A stretch of 64,000 bases of DNA from an uncultured Chroococcidiopsis sp. (GCA_964248365.1 CAXTYC010000006.1:96001-160000); one strand, 5' to 3'. Counted from the stretch's first letter, positions 31,280-43,061 are shown. Made by a program: numbers and translations. Notes: generated by a model from the sequence alone, not told the origin.

Positions 31280-31905
31280 TTTATCCCCCTTCTAAAATTA
31301 CCAATCATCAATATTGAATGCCTATAGCAAAGCATGGTATCAGGAACGCAACTTTCGACCAGCTAGCAAATTTGAGATGTGCTTATATCTCTTAAATAGT
31401 AATTTAGACAAACTATAAAAGATCAAAATTTCAATACAATGTTAAAAATTTTGATTTATATGCATTTTTTTATTAATTATCATTAAATCGTTGCTGCATC
31501 AGCTTGTATTCTCACCGTCTGCTGTCTGGTGCGGGTTAATCTCTTGGGCAAAATTCCTTAGTATTCTAAATATTTAGTTGCGAATAATTTGGATGCGAAA
31601 AATTTTTGTAATACCAAAAGAATGACCAGTTACCAGTAACGATCGCATCTATTGCGATCCTAGCTCTTGTATCATTCTTAACAATTCCCTTGATAATTGA
31701 TAATTAATAATTGATAATTGTTGAATACCTATACAAGGTATTTCATGACACAAATGGGATTACTATAAAATATAAAATCGTGGTAGGGTAAGACTTGAAG
31801 GCGTGAGACAAAAAAATAGATAAGCATTTTGCTTATCTTAGTTTGTTTACACCTCAAAACAGTTATATAAATTTTTGATGACACAAAGGCGGAAGTACAG
31901 TTGAT

Positions 31906-32226
31906 TCAGTCTTCTTCTTTGCTTTCGGCATTGTTATTGGGGGAAGCTTCGTAAAGAGCATCCAATTGAGCGCGAGCATCTTCGACGTTGATTGAACGCA
32001 TGACTAACAGCGGATCTCTGATCAAATTACCAGCGGTGTCTAATAACTCTGGATGTGGTACAGATTGATATGAGACATGGGGGTATTTAGCGAGTCTCTG
32101 CTGCGATCGCCCAGATGATGAAATCCGATTCTGCTCAAAACTAAACATCAATAGGTTGCGAATTAAGTTACTGACAGCTATCAACGCCAGGATGGTAAAA
32201 GCAAGAATGTAAAGTAGTTGTAACAT
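31906..32226 (-). CDS. DUF2973 family protein
   Basis: MLQLLYILAFTILALIAVSNLIRNL, HPELLD, VEDARAQLDALY. Confidence 0.75.
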   Translation of the reverse strand: MLQLLYILAFTILALIAVSNLIRNLLMFSFEQNRISSSGRSQQRLAKYPHVSYQSVPHPELLDTAGNLIRDPLLVMRSINVEDARAQLDALYEASPNNNAESKEED

Positions 32227-32405
32227 CGAGTAAGGCTCCAAACCAGCAATTTTAAAAATTTTTAGCGAGGAATTTCAGCTTTGCTCTGCCAAGCGCGATC
32301 GCCCTCAAGCATAGGGCAATTTTTTCACTACACAATCACTTATAAAAGCCTTTCACAAAACGAGTTAGCACTATTAGTGATTTTGACAGATTTTGTAGCG
32401 CGAAT

Positions 32406-32741
32406 CTATAACCCATATTCCTGCTGCTGCGTTTGCTCAAAGCGGAATCGGCTTGCTACTTTCCAACATTCTGTCACTAGCTGATGCCAAGGTGCTAACG
32501 TTGCCATGTCAATACCTACTTTTCCTCCTGTTGCTGCGAACATTAGCTGCGCTGTACTCACTTCTTGCTGAGCCTGCAAGACTCGCGCCAGCAACTCGGA
32601 TTGCTTTTGATTGCCCAAGAACGAGATGTTCTCATTCTCCAACAAAGTGCGCGATCGCTCAAACCAATACTTAAAATCTTCCAGTAGGGGCTGTAATACT
32701 GCTTTGAGCAACTCAGGCTCTGGTAAATTTTGGTTAAGCAT
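32406..32741 (-). CDS. DUF2605 family protein
   Basis: LLKAVLQPLLEDFKYWFERS and PWHQLVTECW. Confidence 0.75.
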   Translation of the reverse strand: MLNQNLPEPELLKAVLQPLLEDFKYWFERSRTLLENENISFLGNQKQSELLARVLQAQQEVSTAQLMFAATGGKVGIDMATLAPWHQLVTECWKVASRFRFEQTQQQEYGL

Positions 32742-33003
32742 GAATAAAAAATAGATTATTAACCTAACACTAATATTAACCATTTTCAAGTTTCTTAACA
32801 TTCTGTCAATAGAAGTATTAATGGGGGGCTAGAAGAAGGCAGGGGGGCAGGGGGTGCAGGGGGGAAATTACCTTTTACCCTTTACCCTTTCCCTTTACCC
32901 TTTCCCCTTTACCCTTTCCCTAGTCCCTAGCCCCTAAAATAGAAGCAGTGCTACCTGTGCGATCGCACGGTATCAAACAAACCGGTTCATAGTTTCGTAA
33001 CCA

Positions 33004-34830
33004 ATGTCTAGTCAAGAATCCTCTGCTCAACCAGAACAGCCAACCAAAATGTATCTACCTCGTACCAGCGAATCAGAACAGTTGCAAAAGATTCGCCACA
33101 CCGCTTCCCATGTGATGGCGATGGCGGTGCAGAAGTTGTTTCCCAAAGCACAAGTTACTATTGGTCCTTGGATTGAAAACGGATTCTACTATGACTTTGA
33201 CAACCCAGAACCATTTACAGAAAAGGATCTAAAAGCCATACTCAAAGAGATGGTAAAGATCATAAATCGCAAACTGCCTGTAATTCGGGAAGAAGTAAGC
33301 CGTGAGGAAGCCGAACGCCGAATTAAGCAGATTAATGAGCCTTACAAACTAGAAATTCTTGAAGGTATCGAAGAGCCGATTACGATTTACCACCTGGGCG
33401 ATCAATGGTGGGACTTGTGTGCAGGTCCTCATGTAGAAAATACCGCAGATTTGAACCCCAAGGCAATTGAAATAGAAAGTGTTGCGGGGGCTTATTGGCG
33501 TGGAGATGAAACCAAAGCTCAGTTGCAGCGGATTTATGCCACAGCTTGGGAAAGCCCAGAACAACTAGCAGAATACAAGCGCCGTAAAGAAGAAGCCCTG
33601 CGACGGGATCATCGCCGTTTGGGTAAGGAACTGGGACTATTTATTTTTAGCGACGAAGTGGGACCTGGTTTACCCTTATGGACACCCAAGGGAACAGTAC
33701 TGCGAAGCATCCTAGAAGATTTCCTCAAGCAAGAACAACTCAAACGCGGTTATCTACCAGTAGTCACACCCCACATTGCCAGGGTAGATTTATTCAAAAC
33801 CTCTGGACACTGGCAAAAATACAAAGAAGATATGTTTCCGCTGATGGCAGAGGATGAACAAGCAGCTACTCACGAACAGGGCTTTGTTCTCAAGCCAATG
33901 AACTGCCCTTTCCACATTCAAATTTATAAAAGTGAGTTGCGTTCGTACAGAGAGCTACCTATCCGGCTGGCGGAATTTGGCACAGTTTACCGCTATGAGC
34001 AATCTGGAGAATTGGGCGGCTTAACCAGGGTGCGGGGATTTACGGTAGATGATTCCCACCTATTCGTTACTCCAGAACAACTTGATAGCGAATTCCTGAA
34101 TGTGGTGGATTTGATTTTGTCAGTTTTCAAGAGTCTGCAACTGAAGAATTTTAAAGCTAGGCTGAGTTTCCGCGATCCTGCTTCAGATAAGTATATCGGT
34201 TCAGATGAGGCGTGGGACAAAGCCCAAAGTGCAATCCGCCGCGCCGTCGAACAGCTAGGGATGGATCACTTTGAAGGCATTGGGGAAGCAGCGTTTTATG
34301 GTCCCAAATTAGACTTTATTTTCCGAGATGCTCTAGATAGAGAGTGGCAATTAGGTACTGTGCAAGTAGATTACAACTTGCCGGAGCGATTTGATTTGGA
34401 GTATGTGGCAGAAGATGGTACGCGCAAACGTCCAGTAATGATTCACCGCGCTCCTTTTGGCTCCCTAGAAAGGTTAATTGGGATTTTAATTGAGGAGTAT
34501 GCTGGAGATTTTCCCTTGTGGATGGCTCCAGAGCAAATTCGATTATTACCAGTTAGTCAGGAGCAATTGCCTTTTGCTAAAGAAGTAGCTGATAAAATGC
34601 GATCGCTTAATATTCGCGTCCAAGCAGATACCAGTAATGAGCGCTTGGGTAAACTGATCCGCAATGCTGAAAAAGAAAAAATCCCCATTATGGCTGTAGT
34701 CGGGGCGAAAGAAGTAGAAACGGATAGCCTAAGTATTCGCACTCGTCATGGTGGAGATTTGGGAGTAATACCAGTAGCAGAGGTAATAGAGCGAATACAA
34801 CGGGCAAATCTCAACTTCGACAATTTCTAA
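33004..34830 (+). CDS. thrS: Threonine-tRNA ligase
   Basis: RHTASH, DLCAGPH, RDHRRLG, KPMNCPFH, AFYGPKLD, HRAPFGSLER. Confidence 0.98.
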   Translation: MSSQESSAQPEQPTKMYLPRTSESEQLQKIRHTASHVMAMAVQKLFPKAQVTIGPWIENGFYYDFDNPEPFTEKDLKAILKEMVKIINRKLPVIREEVSREEAERRIKQINEPYKLEILEGIEEPITIYHLGDQWWDLCAGPHVENTADLNPKAIEIESVAGAYWRGDETKAQLQRIYATAWESPEQLAEYKRRKEEALRRDHRRLGKELGLFIFSDEVGPGLPLWTPKGTVLRSILEDFLKQEQLKRGYLPVVTPHIARVDLFKTSGHWQKYKEDMFPLMAEDEQAATHEQGFVLKPMNCPFHIQIYKSELRSYRELPIRLAEFGTVYRYEQSGELGGLTRVRGFTVDDSHLFVTPEQLDSEFLNVVDLILSVFKSLQLKNFKARLSFRDPASDKYIGSDEAWDKAQSAIRRAVEQLGMDHFEGIGEAAFYGPKLDFIFRDALDREWQLGTVQVDYNLPERFDLEYVAEDGTRKRPVMIHRAPFGSLERLIGILIEEYAGDFPLWMAPEQIRLLPVSQEQLPFAKEVADKMRSLNIRVQADTSNERLGKLIRNAEKEKIPIMAVVGAKEVETDSLSIRTRHGGDLGVIPVAEVIERIQRANLNFDNF

Positions 34831-34888
34831 AATAATGGTGGGCATTGCCCACCCTACTGTATCACTCTAGCAGCAAAAGCCAAAACTG

Positions 34889-35386
34889 ATGACTAAGGTA
34901 AAGATTCGGGCTTTTGAAATAAAAGATTGGGAAGACGTGGCAGAGTTAATTTTAATGCCGAATTGTCGATGGGAAACTCTACAAATGCCCTATCAATCTC
35001 GTGATGTTCGGCATAAATTAGAAAAATCACTGCCAGATTTACATAGGTTAGTAGCAGTTATTAATGATGAGCAAAAACAAAAAGTTGTCGGGATAATTAG
35101 TCTACATAACTTCAGTGGTCGTCGCACTCATGTAGGGCAATTAAGTATGTTTGTTCATGATGATTATCAGAATCAGGGTATTGGTTCTCAGCTAGTAGAA
35201 GCAGTAATTGACCTAGCTGAAAACTGGCTCAACTTGAAGCGTCTAGAATTGACAGTTAATACTGATAACAAGAGCGCTATCCATCTTTACGAAAAATCTG
35301 GTTTTGTCATTGAAGGAACTCTGCGAAAGAATGCTTTTCGTGCAGGTAGTTATATTGATGGGTATGCAATGGCAAGAGTCAAATAG
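34889..35386 (+). CDS. GNAT family N-acetyltransferase
   Basis: VHDDYQNQGIGSQL, LNLKRLELTV, AIHLYEKSGFVIEG. Confidence 0.88.
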   Translation: MTKVKIRAFEIKDWEDVAELILMPNCRWETLQMPYQSRDVRHKLEKSLPDLHRLVAVINDEQKQKVVGIISLHNFSGRRTHVGQLSMFVHDDYQNQGIGSQLVEAVIDLAENWLNLKRLELTVNTDNKSAIHLYEKSGFVIEGTLRKNAFRAGSYIDGYAMARVK

Positions 35387-35579
35387 AAATGCGATCACCC
35401 GTTGTGTATTTTGTGGTTTTATTGGTCTTTTAGAGTTATTACAGCCCAGATAGCCAGTTGCTAGAGAAATGGGATGGTTATCTGTATAAGTTAATAACCA
35501 ACAGCTAGCTACCAAACATCCGTGAGCAATTAAGTAAGTAGTCAATAGTTCCATATTTACTTTAAATTCATTCTTCTCA

Positions 35580-35813
35580 TTACCAAGCAAGAGCGTAGTA
35601 ATAAGAAAAAATATAGTTAGTGTAATAACTCTGCTCGCTCCAAATCCGCATTTCAGCTTCAGAGCCAAGACTAGTATATTTATCAGTTTTTGGCTCGTGA
35701 GCTTGCCAAAATCTATTACCTTTGCGGTCTATTTTTTGCCATACTTGTAATTCGTTGCTACTAGTTAATACACGGAAAAAATGCAGCCAGATTGCTTTTA
35801 CTGTAGCGTACAT
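35580..35813 (-). CDS. Small conserved-looking hypothetical protein divergent from the GntR gene
   Basis: ELQVWQK..R.GN.W...SEAEMRIW.EQ.YY pattern resembling a small cyanobacterial family (recognition from memory). Confidence 0.55.
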   Translation of the reverse strand: MYATVKAIWLHFFRVLTSSNELQVWQKIDRKGNRFWQAHEPKTDKYTSLGSEAEMRIWSEQSYYTNYIFSYYYALAW

Positions 35814-36077
35814 AGGAATTTATCCTTTTGAATTGGGTAAGGGCATAGAGGTTTTACTTACTAAAAATAGATGGGAATTATCAACTTATTACCCTTACTG
35901 TCATTCGCTCAGTATTCCTTTGAGAAGGTACAAATTAAATAATTTTAAATAGTACAGTATGACTTAATTGCACCTGTTATAGATAAACAAAGTGAAAGTG
36001 TACCAGGACAGAAACGAATGAATCATTTATGATGACTGGATATAACCGGATTGTCATTCATTAAGAAGGACGAGGGC

Positions 36078-36407
36078 GTGAGAATTCCATTAGAGCGGCA
36101 TTCATCTAAAGCTGTATACTTGCAGATACGCGATCGCATCCGTCGTCTGATCGAAACCGGAGCCTTGCAACCTGGAGACAAACTGCCCTCAATTCGCTCT
36201 CTAGCACAGAGTACAAAAGTCAACAAATTAACTGTCATCGAAGCATATAATGTCCTCGAAGCTGATGGATTAATCGTTGCCCGTCAAGGTTCTGGGTATT
36301 TTGTCAATTTAGCCTCCACTTTTGATCGTCACTGTGCCTCAAATTTTGCTCCACCTCAAGATGTAATTGTCTCGGAACAACCACCTGCTTTACCTGTGCT
36401 TAATTGA
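36078..36407 (+). pseudogene. GntR/MocR-family regulator, HTH only; aminotransferase domain missing
   Basis: VYLQIRD...GDKLPSIRSLA...VNKLTVIEAY..LEADGLI..RQGSGYFV; stop just after the linker, followed by a 35-nt direct repeat. Confidence 0.6.
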
Positions 36408-36415
36408 TAATTAGC

Positions 36416-36516
36416 AAGAATATTGTCTGGTGGGTTAGTGACAACGTAACTGTAATTAACAAGGCGGTAATTGAGAAAGAATATTGTCTGGTGGGTTAGT
36501 GACAACATAACGCACC
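36416..36516. repeat. 35-nt direct repeat; second copy forms a GGTGGGTTA...TAACGCACC hairpin
   Basis: AAGAATATTGTCTGGTGGGTTAGTGACAAC(G/A)TAAC at 36416-36450 and 36477-36511. Confidence 0.85.
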
Positions 36517-36645
36517 TTAACTAAAGTAAAAAATCTAAGCTTAGGCTTTCTCGATGGGAAATTGTAATTATGTTACGTATTTCTAGTAGATAATCTCCTG
36601 TAGGGTAAGAGTCAAAAGCTTTATTGATTAATTGAGTAACCGCAA

Positions 36646-37623
36646 ATGCCTGCTGTTTCTACCGTTACTGTTTCTGTTCCCGCTACTACTGCTAATTTGG
36701 GATCTGGTTTTGATTGCATAGGTGCAGCTTTGACGCTGTACAACTGTTTCAAGTTTTCCTATCTTGAGGCTGGTTCTGCACCGCTTTCTATGCAAGTTAG
36801 GGGTTCAGAAGCTCACAAGGTTAAGACTGATGAAAGTAATTTGGTTTACCTGGCGTTTGTAAAATTTTATCAACATATTGGGCAGACTCCACCGCCTGTG
36901 CAAATTGAGATTGAGATGGATGTACCGTTAGCGCGGGGATTGGGGAGTTCGGCTACGGCGATTGTGGGCGGGTTGGTAGGTGCTAATCAGCTAGCGGGTG
37001 CGCCTTTGAGTCAGACTGAAGTGATGGAGTTGGCGATCGCTATGGAAGGACACCCAGATAATGTGGTTCCGGCGCTGTTGGGGGGATGTCGTTTGGCGGC
37101 GACGGATTTGATTAACGAACCGCAAAGACGCATAGAGCGCGAAGAAAAGGAAAGAGAGAATTTGGGGGGTTGGGTTATTTGTGATGTGCCTTGGAATCAG
37201 GGTGTAATACCCCTAGTGGCGATTCCTGATTTTGAGCTTTCGACGGCAGAAGCTAGGCGGGTGTTACCCACCCAGGTGAGTTGGGCGGATGCGATTTTTA
37301 ATACGGCACATCTAGGGTTGTTGTTGCGGGGATTGGAAACGGGGCGGGGGGATTGGCTACGGGCGGCGTTGCAAGATCGGTTGCATCAGCCTTATCGTCA
37401 AGGGTTGATTCGGGGTTATCAAGCGGTGCGTTCGGCTGCTATGGCTGCGGGAGCTTTTGGGATGGTGATTAGTGGGGCGGGACCTACTTTGTTGGCTTTG
37501 GTTACGACGGAACGGGGGGCAGATGTCGCAATGGCGATGGAGAAGGCTTGGCAGGAGGCGGGAGTAAAGGCTATTGTGCGATCGCTTGCCATTGATACCC
37601 AAGGAGCGCGTTTCGATCTATAA
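36646..37623 (+). CDS. thrB: Homoserine kinase
   Basis: [39 protein letters not shown]. Confidence 0.96.
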   Translation: MPAVSTVTVSVPATTANLGSGFDCIGAALTLYNCFKFSYLEAGSAPLSMQVRGSEAHKVKTDESNLVYLAFVKFYQHIGQTPPPVQIEIEMDVPLARGLGSSATAIVGGLVGANQLAGAPLSQTEVMELAIAMEGHPDNVVPALLGGCRLAATDLINEPQRRIEREEKERENLGGWVICDVPWNQGVIPLVAIPDFELSTAEARRVLPTQVSWADAIFNTAHLGLLLRGLETGRGDWLRAALQDRLHQPYRQGLIRGYQAVRSAAMAAGAFGMVISGAGPTLLALVTTERGADVAMAMEKAWQEAGVKAIVRSLAIDTQGARFDL

Positions 37624-37757
37624 AAAGGGATTCAACAAAACCCGAAAATCCCCAGGTGTGAAAGTTATGAAGGCATATTTCTAGGTAAACCTGTTTTGGA
37701 TGACATCTTACCTTGACAACATAACTATTTGCCCTGGCGCTTTGTAGCATTGCTGTA

Positions 37758-38288
37758 ATGAATAGGTATAACTCAATGATGCAGCAAATCCAGGCAGAGA
37801 TAGAGGCAATTCGCGCTCAAATTGAAGCTCTACAGCAGGAACGCGCTTCCCTTGATGTTGAAAATGTGGTATCGCCAGAAGATGACTCACCCAGGGCGAT
37901 CGCACAGGCTTATCGTCGTCAAGCCAGGGCTTCTGCACAAATAGCGGCTGAAGTCAAGGGAATAGATGATGCTATTTCAGCATTGACAGCTGGGCTAAAT
38001 CAAAAACAAGCCCAATTAGCAGCCTTGCAGACGACATCGAAACAAAAGTCCATAGAACAGCAGGTAGAGGAAAGCAAACAACGGGCTAAAGTTCATGCTG
38101 ATCGCATCAATGAACTTGCTGCCCAACTAGCAACAGAAGTGCGTTGTCTCAAAGCAGCGGCTGATGAACTCAGCCCAAGTTATTGGCAAGTGTATTACAA
38201 ACCCTTCATCACTGGATTTCAAACTATCTCCGTTCCTCACGTCCGTTCTGATGGGGAGGTGTGGACGATTGTAAATCGAGTAGTTTAA
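37758..38288 (+). CDS. Hypothetical coiled-coil protein
   Basis: 176 aa, Q/A/E-rich heptads with an aromatic C-terminal tail. Confidence 0.7.
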   Translation: MNRYNSMMQQIQAEIEAIRAQIEALQQERASLDVENVVSPEDDSPRAIAQAYRRQARASAQIAAEVKGIDDAISALTAGLNQKQAQLAALQTTSKQKSIEQQVEESKQRAKVHADRINELAAQLATEVRCLKAAADELSPSYWQVYYKPFITGFQTISVPHVRSDGEVWTIVNRVV

Positions 38289-38575
38289 GTCAGGGACGAG
38301 GGGCTAGGGGCTAGGGGCTAGGAGAGGAGGGGGTGAGGGGGAGACAAGGAGAGGGGGTGACAACCTTCAGGGGGGAAAGAGGGGGTTTAAATACTTCCCC
38401 TTGTCGGGTTGTCGGGTTGTCGGGTTGTCCTTTTTCTAGCCTCTAGCCCCTTTGCTCTCCAGCATTTGTACTCATAATTGTGAAGATTTGATTTTTTCAG
38501 TAAAAATACCTTCTCAAAAGTTTACTTAACTTAATACAATAGGAAGTATAAGGTAGTAGGTATTTATTCTCAGTC

Positions 38576-40189
38576 ATGATTCCTCATCAAATTCCTTGGC
38601 TAAGCATTATCATCCTGTTGCCACTATTGGCTTCCCTAGCTATACCCCTTATTCCAGACCAAAAGGGCAGAACTGTACGTTGGTATGCTCTAGGAGTTGG
38701 GCTAGTGGACTTGCTACTGATGGTATATGCCTTTTGGAGTAACTACAATTTACACTCCTCAACATACCAACTAGTTGAAAGCTATCCTTGGATACCTCAA
38801 CTCGGATTGAATTGGTCATTGGCAGTTGATGGTCTGTCGATGCCTCTAGTTCTATTGACAGGCTTAATTACTACCCTGGCAATCTTGGCAGCATGGAATG
38901 TCACCAATAAGCCACGCTTGTTTTATTTCCTGATGCTAGTAATGTACAGCGCCCAGATTGGCGTTTTTACAGCTCAGGATATGCTCTTGTTCTTCTTGAT
39001 GTGGGAAATAGAGTTAGTGCCAGTGTACTTACTCATTGCCATCTGGGGAGGACAAAAGCGGCGCTATGCAGCCACTAAATTTATTCTTTATACAGCCGCC
39101 GCATCTATATTTATTCTGGTAGCAGGCTTAGCGATGGCTTTCTACGGAGATACGGTTACATTTGACATGGCTACTTTGGCACAGAAGCATTACCCCAAAG
39201 CTTTTGCCAGTCTGGCTTATGTCGGTTTCTTGATTGCATTCGGTGTGAAATTGCCAATCTTCCCTCTACACACTTGGCTACCAGATGCCCATAGTGAGGC
39301 TTCTGCCCCTGTATCAATGATTTTGGCTGGGGTGTTACTGAAAATGGGCGGTTATGCGCTCATTCGCATCAATATTGAAATGCTACCCAATGCTCATATA
39401 TCCTTCGCGCCAGTTCTAGCAGTGTTGGGAGTTGTCAATATTATCTACGGTGCTTTCGCTGCGTTTGCTCAAGGTAATCTCAAACGGCGGTTGGCTTATT
39501 CTTCGATCGCACACATGGGTTTTGTCCTAATCGGTATTGCCTCATTTACCGAACTAGGAATTGGCGGTGCAGTGCTGCAAATGATTTCTCACGGTTTGAT
39601 TGCTGCTTGCCTATTCTTCCTCTCTGGCGTGACTTACGAGCGCACCCATACCCTAATCATGGAAAAAATGGGCGGTATGGCTAAAGCTATGCCCAAGATA
39701 TTTGCTCTGTTCACTGCTGGATCGATGGCGAGTCTGGCTTTGCCTGGAATGAGCGGATTTGTAGGCGAATTGACGATATTTCTCGGTATTACCAGCAGTT
39801 ATGCTTACAGTTCTATATTCAAGTGTGTAATCACCCTTCTAGCCGCTGTGGGCGTAATTCTGACTCCGATTTATTTACTCTCAATGCTGCGGGAAGTATT
39901 CTATGGAGTAGAGAATTCTGGACTTGTGATTGAGGAATATCTGGGAGATGCCAAGCCACGAGAAATGTTTATTGCCCTTTGCTTGTTACTTCCCATCATT
40001 GGTATTGGGTTGTATCCCAAGTTAGCGACACAGACATACGATGTCAAGACAGTTGCCGTTGCAGCGCAGGTGCGTGATGTTCTATCAACCGTAGTCGCAC
40101 AACAGCCGCGATCGCCTCAATACTCCGATGTGTTGCTAGCACCCCAGTTAGCGGTTACTCAAACTCGCACACTACTAGCATCTGAGTAA
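38576..40189 (+). CDS. ndhD: NAD(P)H-quinone oxidoreductase subunit 4 (NdhD1/D2 type)
   Basis: [47 protein letters not shown]. Confidence 0.93.
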   Translation: MIPHQIPWLSIIILLPLLASLAIPLIPDQKGRTVRWYALGVGLVDLLLMVYAFWSNYNLHSSTYQLVESYPWIPQLGLNWSLAVDGLSMPLVLLTGLITTLAILAAWNVTNKPRLFYFLMLVMYSAQIGVFTAQDMLLFFLMWEIELVPVYLLIAIWGGQKRRYAATKFILYTAAASIFILVAGLAMAFYGDTVTFDMATLAQKHYPKAFASLAYVGFLIAFGVKLPIFPLHTWLPDAHSEASAPVSMILAGVLLKMGGYALIRINIEMLPNAHISFAPVLAVLGVVNIIYGAFAAFAQGNLKRRLAYSSIAHMGFVLIGIASFTELGIGGAVLQMISHGLIAACLFFLSGVTYERTHTLIMEKMGGMAKAMPKIFALFTAGSMASLALPGMSGFVGELTIFLGITSSYAYSSIFKCVITLLAAVGVILTPIYLLSMLREVFYGVENSGLVIEEYLGDAKPREMFIALCLLLPIIGIGLYPKLATQTYDVKTVAVAAQVRDVLSTVVAQQPRSPQYSDVLLAPQLAVTQTRTLLASE

Positions 40190-40199
40190 AAGCATTTAG

Positions 40200-40318
40200 T
40201 TGTCATTAGTCATTAGTCATTAGTCATTAGTCAAAAACAAAGGATAAAGGACAAAGGACATAGATGTGCAGCAGTTTGCTGCCAAGCAAAGGACAAAGGA
40301 CAAAGGACAAAGGACAAC
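40200..40318. repeat. STRR tracts (GTCATTA)n and (CAAAGGA)n
   Basis: Heptamer tandem repeats read directly. Confidence 0.85.
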
Positions 40319-40959
40319 TAATGAAATGAAGTTCTTACGCTCATTCATATTTTTTCCCCATGTTGCCATAACATTCTCATCAGCTGCATATTATGCACAA
40401 GTGAAGACAGCTAATACTCAATATGTATATTGCCGCTATCGAATATTGTTTCGGTGGCGGCAATGTATTAAAGTTGGTGCATTACTTTAGCGAGCGCGCT
40501 TTTAGCTTTTAGCTTTTAGCTTTGTAGCAACACTGACGCTTGGTTACAAAGATACCCATCTGCTAGAAACAAAGAATATCTACGCGCCAGCTAAATGTAG
40601 GATAAGCATTGCCTACCTTAATAAGTTAAGCAGAAAATTTTAACAGCATATAAATAGACGTTCAACGCGGAAGCTTCAAGCAACTAGGTTATAGTGAAGC
40701 GTCACAAACGCGCTGCCAGACAACAGTAGCAGCGAGTAGTTCATCCGATCAATTCTTTCTTGACAAACCGATACCAGTTTGTAGCCCAAAAATTTAAACT
40801 ATGCCTAAAGCTTCCTTTCCAGCCGTTGCAGCAAGATAATTTTACGTGTACTTAAACATTTTTAACTGTATAGGTGAAATTTTCATATAGATAGTAGTAA
40901 TCATATTTGCCCTATGGTAAATATACTGATAATCCAACTAATTTGTTATTAAATAATAT

Positions 40960-41541
40960 ATGTCCGCACAAAGCTTCCGTCTTGTCAAGTCTGAAAATCC
41001 CTGGACTGATGGCTTAAAAACAATTGGAATTACCCTAGTGTTAGGATTTGGCATTCGGATAGCAGCGGCACAGTGTTACTTAATTCCCTCTGGCTCAATG
41101 AAGCCAACGCTACAGATTAACGATCGCTTGATCGTAGATAAAATCAGCTATCACATCATCAACCCCCACAGAGGCGATATTTTAGTATTTACTCCACCAG
41201 AAAAAGTAGTTAAGGAAGAACATTCGCGTGATGCTTATGTCAAGCGAGTGATTGGGTTGCCAGGAGAGAAAGTAGAAATTAAACTTGGGCAGGTATATAT
41301 TAACAATCAGCCTTTAGCAGAAACATATATTGCCGAACAGCCAGACTATACCTGGGGACCAAAAATTGTTCCTCCTAACTCCTATCTAGTTTTAGGAGAC
41401 AATCGCAACTCTAGCTATGATAGCCATATTTGGGGCTTTGTCGAGCGCGATCGCATTATTGGCAAAGCTGTCGTTCGGTTCTGGCCTGTTGATCGCATAG
41501 GGAGTTTGGCTGTTGAAGAGGGGCGGTCGGCTGGGGGCTAG
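40960..41541 (+). CDS. lepB: Signal peptidase I
   Basis: IPSGSMKPTL (Ser), YVKRVIGLPGE (Lys), GDNRNSSYDS. Confidence 0.93.
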   Translation: MSAQSFRLVKSENPWTDGLKTIGITLVLGFGIRIAAAQCYLIPSGSMKPTLQINDRLIVDKISYHIINPHRGDILVFTPPEKVVKEEHSRDAYVKRVIGLPGEKVEIKLGQVYINNQPLAETYIAEQPDYTWGPKIVPPNSYLVLGDNRNSSYDSHIWGFVERDRIIGKAVVRFWPVDRIGSLAVEEGRSAGG

Positions 41542-41629
41542 GGGTTAGGGAGAGAGTGGGGGAGGCAGGGGAACACTTTAGCAGGGGGGCAGGGAAGAAT
41601 CATTAATTACGAATTACGAATTCTTCAAG

Positions 41630-42205
41630 TTATTCTAGAAAGCAACGGCGCTGCAATGCTTGACGGCGTAAAGATTGATATTCTTTATCTTTGACTTTGT
41701 AAGCGCCAAAACGTTCTAGATGGGGGTTCATCATTTGAGCGTCAAACAAAACAAACGAGCGCTCACGCAATCTTTCTACTAACTTTACCATCGCCACTTT
41801 GGAACCTTCGCTGATGCGGTAAAACATTGATTCGCCAATAAAAGCTCCCCCAATAACAATACCTAAAATTCCTCCCGCTAGCTCGTCACTCTGCCAAGTT
41901 TCAAAACTATAAGCCCAGCCTGACTGATATAGTTGCCAATAGATCTCTTGTAACTCTGATGAAATCCATGTAGTTTCTCGGTTAGCACATCCTGCAACTA
42001 CGCCTTTGAAGTCACGATTGACAGCAACAGTAAAACGCTGAGAGTTTAAAACCCGCCCTAGAGATTTAGGGTAACGAAATCTTTCATCTAATGGAATTAA
42101 AGTGCGATCGCGGCTAGAATACCAATCCAAGCGATCGCTTTCGTCAGCCATCAGGAAGTAACCCTGAGCGTACCCCTGAACGATCGCAGACACATCAAAT
42201 TGCAT
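41630..42205 (-). CDS. aat: Leucyl/phenylalanyl-tRNA-protein transferase
   Basis: [38 protein letters not shown]. Confidence 0.92.
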   Translation of the reverse strand: MQFDVSAIVQGYAQGYFLMADESDRLDWYSSRDRTLIPLDERFRYPKSLGRVLNSQRFTVAVNRDFKGVVAGCANRETTWISSELQEIYWQLYQSGWAYSFETWQSDELAGGILGIVIGGAFIGESMFYRISEGSKVAMVKLVERLRERSFVLFDAQMMNPHLERFGAYKVKDKEYQSLRRQALQRRCFLE

Positions 42206-42301
42206 GAATCCTATCAAATTAAGTTACACAAAAAATATAAAATATTAAAGATTAAACCTGTATTTCCCTAGCAAGAGCGCCCCTAGCCTCTAGCCCCTGC
42301 A

Positions 42302-42631
42302 ATGGCAGAACCAATTCCACCCATTACATTGCCACCTGCTAAAGATCCTCCTCTTGAGGGTGAATGGTTGCAAGCCGCTTTGCAGCAGTGGCTAGATGCT
42401 GAATTTCTGCCCGAACCAGTAAATAGGCAGATAGCCCAACGCGCTGCCCAAATTTTTGTTAGGCAGCGGATGGAAGGGGAAAATGATCTAGGATCTCTGG
42501 TGATTGCACTTGTCACAGAGATGCAGGCATTTGATTTTTCTAAAAGTTTTTATGGCGAGTTTGCGATCGCCAATGCTGTCAGCGATCTCCTCCTTGACAG
42601 TTTGGGAATAGATCGCTGCTGCGGTCAATGA
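42302..42631 (+). CDS. Conserved hypothetical protein
   Basis: 109 aa; WLDAEFLPE, RQRMEGENDLG and FAIANAVS pattern; fills the gap between aat and rpsN. Confidence 0.7.
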   Translation: MAEPIPPITLPPAKDPPLEGEWLQAALQQWLDAEFLPEPVNRQIAQRAAQIFVRQRMEGENDLGSLVIALVTEMQAFDFSKSFYGEFAIANAVSDLLLDSLGIDRCCGQ

Positions 42632-42758
42632 GATGAAGGGGCGCTATAGCTAGAGGAACCAGAGGAACCAGAGGCTAGGGGTTGTTTTCTCCCCTTTTCC
42701 CACTCTCCCACTCTCCTGTCTCCTTTATACTTCGTACTTCACACTTCATCCTTTATAA

Positions 42759-43061
42759 TTACCAGCTTGATTTTACTACTCCTGGTAACAAACCTTGGTG
42801 CGCCCATTCTCTTAACACGTTACGAGACAGCCCAAAGTCTTTGTAAACTCCTCTTGGACGACCTGTTACCCAACAGCGGTTGTGTAGACGAGTGCGAGAA
42901 CTGTTGCGGGGTAGCTGTTGGATTTGCCGATGAATCTCTAATTTTTCACGTTGAGAGCTAGCGTTCTCAAACTGTTCAATTAGTGCTTGCCGTTTTTCCG
43001 AATACTTTTCTACCGTCTGTTGGCGCTTTTTCTCGCGCTCAATCATGCTCTTTTTTGCCAT
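42759..43061 (-). CDS. rpsN: 30S ribosomal protein S14
   Basis: [36 protein letters not shown]. Confidence 0.98.
   Translation of the reverse strand: MAKKSMIEREKKRQQTVEKYSEKRQALIEQFENASSQREKLEIHRQIQQLPRNSSRTRLHNRCWVTGRPRGVYKDFGLSRNVLREWAHQGLLPGVVKSSW

Noticed and set aside
36416..36511. 35-nt repeat pair as a CRISPR repeat-spacer-repeat
   Set aside because: Two copies only, REP-like hairpin, no leader or cas genes
40650..40740. Possible glutamine riboswitch (CGTTCA...CGGAAG); also c-di-GMP-I-like GGCAAAC near 4876
   Set aside because: The remaining conserved stems and motifs are absent
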